Positions 46,901 to 58,300 of a stretch of DNA of 64,000 bases are shown piece by piece. Both the position numbers and the translations under genes were made by a program. Each line of letters opens with the position of its first letter. Position 1 is the first letter of the stretch. The notes beneath the pieces were generated by a model that saw only the letters and a program-made list of their open reading frames with translations, was not told the DNA's origin and searched no databases. This DNA comes from Macrostomum lignano (lineage: Eukaryota): assembly GCA_002269645.1 (NCBI GenBank), contig NIVC01000543.1:186001-250000 (forward strand), given 5' to 3'.

Positions 46901-48344
46901 TCGCTATGAAGCGCTCTAGTGAATATCCACCTGATGCACACTTGTAAACAACACCTGTTGTTGAACTTCTCAACTTGGTAAGGCAGTAAAAAATTCTCTC
47001 GAGCTCTGCTGTTCATGCAGCTCAGCACCCCATTTATTCATCTTTTTTCTAGCCGCCATACAGAAATGTGCACTTGGAGGGAGGTCAGTCCAATTGTCAC
47101 TAACTATTGCAGCCCTGACTATTCGTATATGCGAGCTGGGCCCTCAGCATCTGTATTCCATTTAAGGACTTTTCTCTGCTTGGTGTGTCTGGCTCCTGCC
47201 AAAATGGCATCTCGCGATGAAAATATCTTTTCATGAAATTTTATGTTGTCTGTGCAGTGTAGTATATGCGCATTTTGTCTACGAGTGTGCATCTAATTCC
47301 AGTTCTAATTTATTCATAAAAACAGCAATGGACTACACTGTGTGTTTTGATGCAAAATATTTAACTTATTGCTTACCAGCGTGGGCTTGTCAAAATAAAC
47401 ATTACAATAGTTGAATAATCTTCTCCGCCTTTGTCAGTCGGCAGTAATGGATAAATTCGGTCATACGCGTAATAAAGCGCTCTTACTTGCTGCAACCCGA
47501 AATAGCGGCTCTGGGATCTCAGCTGTCGTTTGCTACATATACATGAGTACATGTAGGTGCTATTCTACTGGCTGTTGACTGCATGGCTGCTATGGCAATG
47601 CAGTCCAGTCACGAGTTTTCTACCATGCAGCTTTCATCCTGAGTGGGGAAGTCATGCGAAAACGCAAGTACCTTTCTGGGAGTTTCAGCCGATCTGCAGA
47701 ATTGTGCGTGCAGACTTGAGTTCGTCCGTATGGGCCACCTTCCGATGAGAGGAAACACAGATAAGTATAACTCCGATGATTTTAATTATTCATGAAATGA
47801 ATGTGAATGCCGCAACGCAAGAGGCTTTCTAATATACATGCGTTTAATATTAATCTATTCATATGATGAGAGTCAGCTTACTTCCTTAAGTCAGCGCTGT
47901 ATTTTGACTTCTATTTGCATGCAGCCTTGTAACAGAGACTTACATGTACATGTACAGCATGCTTGGTTGGGGTGGCACGGCTCACTATACATGTACGGTA
48001 CACTTACACTACGAGATACTGCTCGGCCTACATGCTATTTGTATGAGCTGCATGCACTCACGTGTATGTACGAGCTAGCTCGTATGTGCACGTCACGTGC
48101 ATTTTTAATTTTTAGCATGAATACACTCTTGATTGCATATTTACCGCACTTGGTTTGGCCTTCGGTATATCCATCGTCGTCATTACGCGCAGCAGTGAGG
48201 TAAATATTGAGAGGTGTTCTAGCTCGTAATTGGCAAATTTCCACTTAAATTGGCGTTTGCACTTGACTTGGCTATTATATAGATTAATTTATGTGCTTGA
48301 GATGGTTATGCTTAACTAAAGAGTAGAATTTGCGGGATATTGTC

Positions 48345-48430
48345 GCTTATGGGGGTGCATTGCTGAGCTGTCAAGGCTTACGGGGGAATTTGCCGAGATG
48401 TCAATTCTTACAAGGGGAATTGCTGAGGTT
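48345..48430. repeat. Inverted copy of the 21790-21935 repeat family
   Basis: gctgagctgtcaaggcttacgggggaatttgccgagatgtcaa is the reverse complement of the 21.8 kb unit. Confidence 0.75.
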
Positions 48431-48574
48431 ATTGCAGGGAGAAGCTACATGTACGAGTAGTTTATTCAAAAAATTTTATTCCATTCATTGTTGGCTCCCA
48501 ACGGGGGGCGCTGATTGCTAGTTGCGTAATACGTGTAAAACCTATATTAATATGAATTGGAATCAGTACGGGTG

Positions 48575-49013
48575 ACGGCAGATCGGTACTGCACCGTCTG
48601 TCTGCCGCGTGTCATCAGCAGCCTTGAAGAAGCGCGGCCAAAGTGCAGCGTTCGAGGTCTCTGGCTGCACCAGGACAACGCCAGTGAGCACACGGCGAAT
48701 TGAACTCGCGGCAGCAGCTCAGTCATCCCACCGTATTCTCCTGACCTGGCACCGTGTGACTTTTTTCTGCTTCCATCCATCAAGGAACTCCATGCGAGGG
48801 TGCCGATTTTAGTCCACCGAAGAAGCTGTTGATGCCTATAAGATCAGCCGTTGAGGGGGTATCCCACTCAGAGTGGCGCCACTGCTTGGCAAGTTGGTTT
48901 GAGCGGATGATGCATCCAAGCTGATGGAGAGTACTTTGAAAAACTGAAAGTTTTATCTTCATAGCTGTTACAGGTCGGCCGCAGCGAAAAAATTCTACTC
49001 TAGTGCCCCTCGT
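48575..49013 (+). pseudogene. 5'-truncated, frameshifted mariner transposase with 3' TIR
   Basis: LWLHQDNA, HP(P)YSPDLAPCDFFL and DGEYFEKL remnants; terminal ...tagtgcccctcgt resembles a TACGAGGG-type mariner TIR. Confidence 0.88.
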
Positions 49014-49305
49014 GCATAGCTGCAGAATTCAGCAAATTAGTGCTGGGCTGCCGAGCGAATTTAATTTCTAACTAAATCGGTAAAACTATTTAGCATCCAT
49101 GCAAATTTCAATCGAGCTGGTTTACTGCGACGCATATTTTAGGACAGATCAAGTTGTAAAACGTCAAAAAACTGTTGACAAAAACCGAAGAACACCTTAT
49201 TTAGCGATTTTAATAGACGCAGTGACCTGTGTGATCCTTGGCGAACACAATTAGCAACATATGTACATTAGCAACAATATATGAAGGGTCGTATTCTGCC
49301 CTTGT

Positions 49306-50167
49306 GTGCTGGTCTCACGCCGAAGCTCCCGACATCCTGCCGTCTCGCTGCCTGCTCTCGCCTATGCTGACGACATTGCCCTTCTGTGTCGCGATCCGGC
49401 TGCTGCCCAACGGGCTCTATCTAGACTCTACGAAGAGGGCACCCGAGTTGGCTTGGTGATCAACGCATCCAAGACTGAGGTGCTCCACGTGGGCACTGCA
49501 GCTATACCCCTGCGCTAGCTCTTCCAAATGGAGAAGTCGTCAAGGTGTGCGAGGATTTCCGCTACCTCGGCTCCCTTGTCTTGAGCCCCGACACCATTGT
49601 TTCTGACAGGAGGACTCAGGCCTGGCGTGCGGCACGCATGCTCAGGAGCGTTTTCAATTCAACCGCTCGCGACGACCTAAAGATGCGCCTTTTCCGCACT
49701 GCCGTTGAGCCGATTCTCCTATATGGCATGGAGGCTGTGCCAATGACTGCGACGCGACAGCAAGCCCTGGATGCCCACTACAGGTCGCTGCTCCGCTATG
49801 CCCTGGACGTGCACTACCCTAATAGTGTTCCGACCAGGGACCTGATGACTCGCGCTGGTGTTCCCGCGCTCAGCTGCACTATCCGTAAACGCCGTCAGAT
49901 GTTACTTGGCCACTGCCTAAGAAGCCACGGCCGCGGCGAGCAAAATCCTCTGGCGCTGGCTCTCCTGCATCAGCCCACTGAGCGCCTGCGCCGTGGCCAA
50001 GGCCGAACTGTGACGCTAAATGATATGTTTCTGACTGACTTGCAGACCATCGGGCTCAGCCCCCAGTCCGCCATGACTTGCCCCTCTCGGTTGTTCTGCG
50101 AACGCGTCCGCGCAAAGTCTAGCTATAGATCTCTTTTTTTCTGTGCAACTCTCTGCGTCGCTATATA
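49306..50167 (+). mobile_element. 5'-truncated RTE-like non-LTR retrotransposon (RT C-terminal half) with one frameshift near 49510
   Basis: LAYADDIALL, INASKTEVL, FRYLGS and VEPILLYGME motifs; ends in a (TA)-rich tail. Confidence 0.9.
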
Positions 50168-50189
50168 TGTACTCTCTCCTCCTATATAA

Positions 50190-50529
50190 TATATATATAT
50201 ATATATCACTATATAGCGACGCAGAAGGGGATTCTGCCCATTCCAACGACTTCCCCGAGAAGGCACATGCACAAGCTAGGGGATATGTACGCAGTCCTAC
50301 GCACAGGCACTCACTCACACATAAGTGTACAGTGGCCCTAACTTTATTTATCGTAGGCATGATGTACACCTTTGACTGTGCCTGGAGGGGGTTGCATGTC
50401 CCTGATCAAAATTAAAGGCGTTACTGCACGAGAGCAGACCATTAGCCTTAAATTGTGACTGCGCTCGGAATCGAGCCTGGGCCACTGGCACACAATAGCA
50501 CCGTGTTGGATCCACTAGGCTGCGGCCCC
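50190..50529 (-). mobile_element. tRNA-derived SINE of a second family, about 340 bp, tail-to-tail with the RTE-like LINE
   Basis: Minus-strand head GGGGCCGCAGCCTAGTGG...GGCTCGATTCC (A/B box-like), 3' end cttctgcgtcgctatatag followed by (AT)n. Confidence 0.7.
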
Positions 50530-51168
50530 GAAGAACAACTTTCAACAGGTTTCATTATTATATATACGCTCGTATATTTTTGATGATTATAGTTATTTCT
50601 ATTTAGTTTTAAAGAGAAACGTTTCGTGGATATGAGGGATATAGTGTCAATAGGTCAAATTTCTGTTGTTGATATTGAGAACAGTGTTCTTGCTTATTCG
50701 AATAGAACTGCCAACTTGTTGCTATACTTTCAGAACTTAGAATTCAACCTACAAGAAATTTCAATGACGAATGTGTTTTTTAATTTTATTAAAGGAACGG
50801 AAAAGTAAAGCTAAAACAAAAGTAAACAAACGTTATACCTAAGACACAACAGTTGGATTGATAAAAAAATATGCAAGTAGAAATTTTACCTTTTAAATAT
50901 AAGTTTTAAATATAATCTAATTAATTTTTCTATACAGTGATGTATCAGTATCACTTTCTAAATTTATATTTTAGAGCTGCTGCGCGAGCCTGCCTGCCGC
51001 AGCTACTAGTGTCGTCTAAATTTGAAACTAAAATACATACAATTAGCGTAAGAGCCCCGCTTTGGGGCTGCGGCGCTTTTACTTATATAACAATAACAAT
51101 AACCTGCTGCTGCTACTAGCATGGCTATTTCGAGCACCCCAACCATGCCCCAACTAGCTAGTACCTGA

Positions 51169-52302
51169 GTAAGATTTTGTAACTAGCATGTACTACTCTG
51201 TCATCCCATGAAGTCATGGACACGTTTTAGTCTACTATTATGACTATTTCGGTCATTTCACTTGTCCTTAGTCTAGGCCTAATTTAGCTGCCTTAAAGGT
51301 AATTATAAATGAGAAACTAGTCTAGGCTCTAGGCTTATTGATTACTGATAATTGGAGTGCTTTTTTGGAGTGAGTGAATTTTTTAAATATTTGTTTGTTA
51401 ATGGACTTGATCAACTGTATTCTGTAATTCAATTTCTAATGAATTCAGTTTCACTTTATTCCACTTAAATAACTTAAATTTTAAGTCTGTTATAAGAAGT
51501 TGATATTAACATTAACAAGTTCCATATGTGTTCCCTTGACTAATATTGGCAATGTCAATGACATTCATAAAACAAGCTTTTTTGTTTAGTAGTGATAATA
51601 TAATATAATTATCAAATTTAGTTTGTTGGGCAAGACAATAATAATATTATTATAAAATATTTTATTCCTAAGTATTAAAGGGTTTGTTTGAGATCAGGCA
51701 AGAATGGAATTCCAATTTCATTTTTTATTTTTTAATTATGTATAGTAATATAAAATTGCCAATTAATCTTCTAGGATCAGTTTCAGTTTCAGAATTGGTT
51801 AGGATTAGGCCTAGAATCTTAAATTTTGTCAGTATTTTCAGATTTTGCAATTGGAAGTAAAATTATATCTTAATGCTAGTCTTAGACTTGACTTATGTAA
51901 GTTTAGCTTGTTAGTTTAACTCACTATAAAAAAGCAAATATAAATTGACTTCAGTCAATTTTAAAATGTGATAACAAATATAAAAAAGAAAATGTAGAAA
52001 ACTTTAGTATTTTTATTCTTAGTAATATTTCCTATAACCTATGAATTATGTTAGTTTATTTTAAAATGACCAAATAAATAATAATTTCAATAAACATATT
52101 TTTGAATTATTTTTGCTAGAAATATCTGACTATAATCTCCTTTATTAAGAAATGTGTTAACCAGAGTAGCAGTTTGTTTGTTCATTTTAATAAAAGTTTC
52201 ATTTATTTAAAAAATAATCAATTAGTAATGGATTGTTGGCATAGAATAGGGCCAAAGTAAATATCATTTTGTTTTGAATAAATTAAAAAAAGGATTTTGC
52301 AG
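51169..52302 (+). other. Probable 5' UTR intron of the FAR gene; CpG-free from 51252 to 52413
   Basis: GTAAGA donor at 51169, ttttgcag acceptor at 52302; I found no CG dinucleotide over about 1160 nt. Confidence 0.65.
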
Positions 52303-52339
52303 CTGGTACAAGGCTTTGCCCTGCAAGCAGCAGCTGGCA

Positions 52340-55300
52340 ATGAGCTTAAATTTAGCAACTGAGTCTTCAGAAAAGAACAAGCTGGCAGGGCAGCCCAGCT
52401 TTCAGTCAATCAGCGAGTTCTATGCAGGCAAGAATGTGCTGATCACGGGCATCACTGGCTTTCTGGGCAAGGTGCTGCTGGAGAAGCTGCTGTGGTCCTG
52501 TCCACAGATCGGCCACATCTTCGCCCTCATGCGACCCAAGCGTGGCGAGTCAATTGGGGCCCGTCTGGACTCGTTGCTTGCTAGCAAGCTGTTCGACCGG
52601 CTGCGCCAGGACCGACCAGACTTCCGGTCTCAGATTTCTCCTCTGCAGGTGAGCTTTAGTGTTTCAGTTTCAGCGGAGTGAATTCGTTGCATTATTGTTT
52701 GTTTAGTAATAAGTTACAGTAGTAGCAGGGGCTCTGGGCATTGCAAAAAATTCAAGGCGGCAGTCGATTTGTAAATCAGGGTGGAGGCACGCAGGGTTAA
52801 GGACACTTCACTGACAGACACCTGGTACACAAGGATATGTATGCAGGGACACTCGCTCAGGACATCGCTCATGGATCTTGCCGCGCATAGAGTTGAGCCC
52901 AGGGGTTCTGATGCGAAAGTCAGGCGCTACCTCTGCGCTACTTGTGTCCACTGTTGCATCAAAGAAAATTTGGCAGGAACCTCTGCCACATTTCTCAAAT
53001 AATATTTTCCACGCTCGTAATGTGTTTTTTATCCACAGGGCGACCTATTTGAGCCGAACCTGGGCCTCAGTCAAAAAGACGTTGAGCTTCTCATTCGCAA
53101 TGTGAGCATTGTCTTCCACAGCGCCGCAACCGTCAGGTTTGACGAACACCTGAAGATCGCAGTGCAGATGAACCTTGAGGGGCCAAAGAAGGTGGCTGAG
53201 CTGTGCGAGCGAATGCCCCACCTGGAGGCTCTCGTGCACGTGTCCACCGCTTACGCCAACTGTGACCGCCGCGTTGTGGAGGAGGCGGTCTACGCTCCAG
53301 AGGTGCATCCGCAGAAACTGCTGGACGCCATCGAGTGGATGGACGATGATGTGCTTGAGCAGGTCCGTGTCCTTGATTCTGTTCATGGATAATTGGCAGT
53401 GTGTGAGCAGATGTGTACCTGACTGTGTTGTGGATAATTGGCAGTGTGTGAGCAGATGTGTACCTGATCCTGTTGTGGATAATTGGCAGTGTGTGAGCAG
53501 ATGTGTACCTGACTGTTGTGGATAATTGGCAGTGTGTGAGCAGATGTGTACCTGACTGTGTTGTGGATAATTGGCAGTGTGTGAGCAGATGTGTACCTGA
53601 CTCTGTTGTGGATAATTGGCAGTGTGTGAGCAGATGTGTACCTGACCCTGTTGTGGATAATTGGCAGTGTGTGAGCAGATGTGTACCTGATCCTGTTGTG
53701 GATAATTGGCAGTGTGTGAGCAGATGTGTACCTGACTGTTGTGGATAATTGGCAGTGTGTGAGCAGATGTGTACCTGACTGTGTTGTGGATAATTGGCAG
53801 TGTGTGAGCAGATGTGTACCTGACTGTGTTGTGGATAATTGGCAGTGTGTGAGCAGATGTGTACCTGACCCTGTTGTGGATAATTGGCAGTGTGTGAGCA
53901 GATGTGTACCTGACCCTGTTGTGGATAATTGGCAGTGTGTGAGCAGATGTGTACCTGACCCTGTTGTGGATAATTGGCAGTGTGTGAGCAGATGTGTACC
54001 TGACTGTGTTGTGGATAATTGGCAGTGTGTGAGCAGATGTGTACCTGACCCTGTTGTGGATAATTGGCAGTGTGTGAGCAGATGTGTACCTGACCCTGTT
54101 GTGGATAATTGGCAGTGTGTGAGCAGATGTGTACCTGACCCTGTTGTGGATAATTGGCAGTGTGTGAGCAGATGTGTACCTGACCCTGTTGTGGATAATT
54201 GGCAGTGTGTGAGCAGATGTGTACCTGACTGTTGTGGATAATTGGCAGTGTGTGAGCAGATGTGTACCTGACTCTGTTGTGGATAATTGGCAGTGTGTGA
54301 GCAGATGTGTACCTGACTGTTGTGGATAATTGGCAGTGTGTGAGCAGATGTGTACCTGACCCTGTTGTGGATAATTGGCAGTGTGTGAGCAGATGTGTAC
54401 CTGATCCTGTTGTGGATAATTGGCAGTGTGTGTGCAGATGTGTACCTGACTGTTGTGGATAATTGGCAGTGTGTGAGCAGATGTGTACCTGACTGTTGTG
54501 GATAATTGGCACTGTGTGAGCAGATGTGTACCTGACCCTGTTGTGGATAATTGGCAGTGTGTGAGCAGATGTGTACCTGACCCTGTTGTGGATAATTGGC
54601 AGTGTGTGAGCAGATGTGTACCTGACTGTGTTGTGGATAATTGGCAGTGTGTGAGCAGATGTGTACCTGACCCTGTTGTGGATAATTGGCAGTGTGTGAG
54701 CAGATGTGTACCTGACTCTGTTGTGGATAATTTGCTCTATGATTGATTATCTTTGGGACGTGGAGCTGGGCAGTTAAAACAGGGCCCATCTATTCTCAAG
54801 TTCTATTGGCACTCATTGGCTGTTCTATTTTGCCCAGCCACTGCAGACGTAATGTACATTTCCGCTGCTTTGCTGCTCACAAGCTATCGTCTTTATATTC
54901 GAGAGTTTTGGTAGACGATTTGAACGTCCAGTACTGAGAGTGAGTTTTTTGAGATTTCGGACATAATGAAAATGAATTTAAATTTTATTTTACGCTTTGC
55001 TCTTCAGAGAAATTTAGTGATTTTGGTTTATAGGTTACTTTAAGGGACAGCTCTTTTTATGGTTTGCTCCGGTGCCCTAAAAGTTTACTGGGCCTGTCTG
55101 GGCTCTCGCGCCAGAGACTTGCCTTGCATTGGCCTCAGCCCTGGCTGACCCCGACCCGCAGGTGACACCCCGCCTACTGGGCCAGAAGCCAAATACCTAC
55201 ACCTTCACGAAGCAGCTCGCCGAGTTTTACCTGACGGACCGCTTTTCCCACCTGCCAATTGTGATTGTCCGGCCCTCCATTGTTGGCGCCAGCTGGCAGG

Positions 55301-58300
55301 AGCCGCTGCCAGGCTGGGTGGACAATTTCAACGGGCCGACGGGTGTCTTTGCTGCCATCAGCAAGGGCCTGCTGCGAATGATGCAGGGCGATGTCCGCTG
55401 CAAGGCCGACATCATCCCCGTGGATATCGCCACTAACATCATCATCTCCAGCGTGTGGAACTTCCGCCTGTTCTCCCGACAGGCCACGGTCTACAACGCA
55501 GGCGTGGGCCCTGGCAACCGGCTCACCTGGGGCGATGTGGAGCGAATCACACCCGAGTACTTTGTGTGCAACCCGACCCAAAGCGTCATCCGGCTGCCCA
55601 AGGCCAGCTTCACCACCAACTCGCTGTGGTGCAACATCAACTGGCTGTTCAATCACCAGCTGCCCGCCTGCCTCATGGATCTCTGGATGTACGCTAGTGG
55701 CCGCAGGACTGTGTGAGTTCCGACTTGAATTTGTCTTATTTGCTTCACGGTGAAACAACAGTAAAAATTTCGCAATACGAGCGTCAATAAGTTTTACGTT
55801 TTTACAAAATGTGTGTGACTTTGGCTCTAAAATGTGTGTGACTTTGGCTCTAAAATGTGTGTGACTTTGGCTCTAAAATGTGTGTGACTTTGGCTCTAAA
55901 ATGTGTGTGACTTTGGCTCTAAAATGTGTGTGACTTTGGCTCTAAAATGTGTGTGACTTTGGCTCTAAAATGTGTGTGACTTTGGCTCTAAAATGTGTGT
56001 AGTAATGGGAATGCCATGACAACAGCATCAGCAGAATACGCTCAGTGGGAATGCTATGGGAACAGCATCAGCAGAATACGCTCAGTGGGAATGCTATGGG
56101 AACAGCATCAGCAGAATACGCTCAGTGGGAATGCTATGGGAACAGCATCAGCAGAATACGCTCAGTGGGAATGCTATGGGAACAGCATCAGCAGAATACG
56201 CTCAGTGGGAATGCTATGGGAACAGCATCAGCAGAATACGCTCAGTGGGAATGCTATGGGAACAGCATCAGCAGAATACGCTCAGTGGGAATGCTATGGG
56301 AACCGCATCAGCAGAATACGCTCAGTGGGAATGCTATGGGAACCGCATCAGCAGAATACGCTCAGTGGGAATGCTATGACAACAGCATCAGCAGAATACG
56401 CTCAGTGGGAATGCTATGGGAACAGCATCAGCAGAATACGCTCAGTGGGAATGCTATGGGAACAGCATCAGCAGAATACGCTCAGTGGGAATGCTATTAC
56501 TTGACTTAGCTGCAGGGGGCGTCCGGCGGATGCAGCGAGGAGGCGGAGGAGACCGCCCATTCCGCTAGCCCCTGGCGACCAACGACTTCCGTTGAAGTGG
56601 TGTCGCTCAGGGGGACCCGTCGGTCTCGCCTGCAGCGCGGTCCTCCTCACCGGCGGTGGGGAAGAAATCAGCTCGTCCGGTGTCCCTGAGGTACCGGGCG
56701 AGCAGCGGGATGCTCTCGGGCCTGCAAACGTCGGAGAGAACCGGGTTTGGCCCGAGGTGAGTAAGCCTGGCCCTGGTGAAAACCGGGCAGTGGCAGATAA
56801 AATGCTCGGCGTTTTCACTGCCTGAGCGGCAGAAGGGGCACCGCTCCTCGGGTACTTGGCCCTGAAGGAAGCGGTGGCGAGAGAAGCAGCCATGCCCGGA
56901 GAGGGCCATGCTAACTGCTCTGAGGTCTCTGCGGTTGAGCCTGAGGAGGGCTCTACGCAGGAGAGGAGAGGGCAGGGGACGGCAGCACGGGATTGCCTAC
57001 AATTCCGGGTGTCGTGCCACCTGCGGAGATGCTCGGAGTCAGCCCAGCGCTTAACGCGGGAATTGATCACCGAGGCGGGGATGGGGGCACCCGGGCCCGG
57101 CCCCAATAGCGCGCCGGCGGAGCCAGCCTTGGCCAGCAGGTCAGCGCGCTCGTTGCCGGGAAGCCGGCGTGGCCCGGGATCCATCTGAGCTCCACCTGGT
57201 TGCCTAGCGCAAGCCCGTTGAGCTGGGTGTTGCAGTCCAGGACGGACCTGGAGCTGGCGGTGCTGCGGCAGAGGGCCCGAAGGGCTGCTTGGCTGTCAGA
57301 GTGAAAAATAAATTTCCGGCCGCTAAGCTGCCTTCGGCGCAGCTCTGCCGCGCAGGAGCTGATGGCAAGCACCTCGCTCTGAAAAACACTGGAGTTGAGC
57401 CCAGTGTGCTGGGAGTAGCTCCACACCACTTCTCCCTTGAAGAAGACGCAAGCTCCGAAGCCTGAAAGACCATGCCTCATAGAGCCGTCAGTGTAACAGT
57501 GGACTTCAGAGTCGCTCCAGCTGTCACTCGCCTCGTGTCGAGGCTGAATGGTGACCTTATACCTTTGGCTCAGGAGAAGGGTGGCTGGGATCGAGTCCGT
57601 GAGGATGTTGAGCCCGCCACACTCCTCGAGAGCCTTGAGGCAGAGGTCAGAGTGCGGGATAAGCGACCGCTTCTTAAAGGCCCGCACTTTCTTGAAGGCC
57701 ACCCCAGCATCCAGAAGACGCCGGGTGCTCTTCGCCGCCTCTCCTTTGATATAAATATCCAAAGGAGGGGCACAGAGGAAGGCATTCATGCCTTCAAAAG
57801 GAGTAGAGGGTGGAGCGCCCATAGTCATGCGGCAGGCTCTGCCCTGGATTTTGTAGAGAGCGTCGAGGTTGCTCTTGACGCTCAGGCCGCTAGCCCACAC
57901 GAGACTGGCGTAACTGATCGAGGGGCGGATGATGGCAGTGTAAATCCACCACAGCTTCCTGGGGGTGAGCCCCCAGGTGGTGCCCACGGCGCGCCTGATC
58001 TGAGCCAGTACAGCCAGGGCTTTTTTGGCTTTAGTTTGAATGTGCGGAGTCCAGTTAAGCCTGTGGTCCAGAGTGAGGCCCAGGCAGCGGACCTGCTTCT
58101 CCATGGAAATATTCTTTCCATAGAGGGTGAGGGGCTTAATGGTCCAGAGCAGTTTGTTGGTAAACATGACTGCTGTGGTTTTCGACTCTGAGAGTCTAAG
58201 GCCACATTGGTCTGCCCAACGCTCCGCTCGTCCCAGAAAGCCCTGCAGAAGGTCTCTGATGGTATCAACCGAGGGGCCCGCGCATATCGCGGTCACATCA

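Noticed and set aside
47530-48100. Clusters of TACATGTA palindromes (also near 13500 and 35300)
   Set aside because: Low-complexity motif scattered without defined boundaries or TSD; no evidence of function.
53133-54789. Long repetitive ORFs (459 aa, 468 aa and others) over the FAR intron 2 array
   Set aside because: They are translations of a stop-poor minisatellite inside a GT-AG intron whose removal restores the FAR frame.
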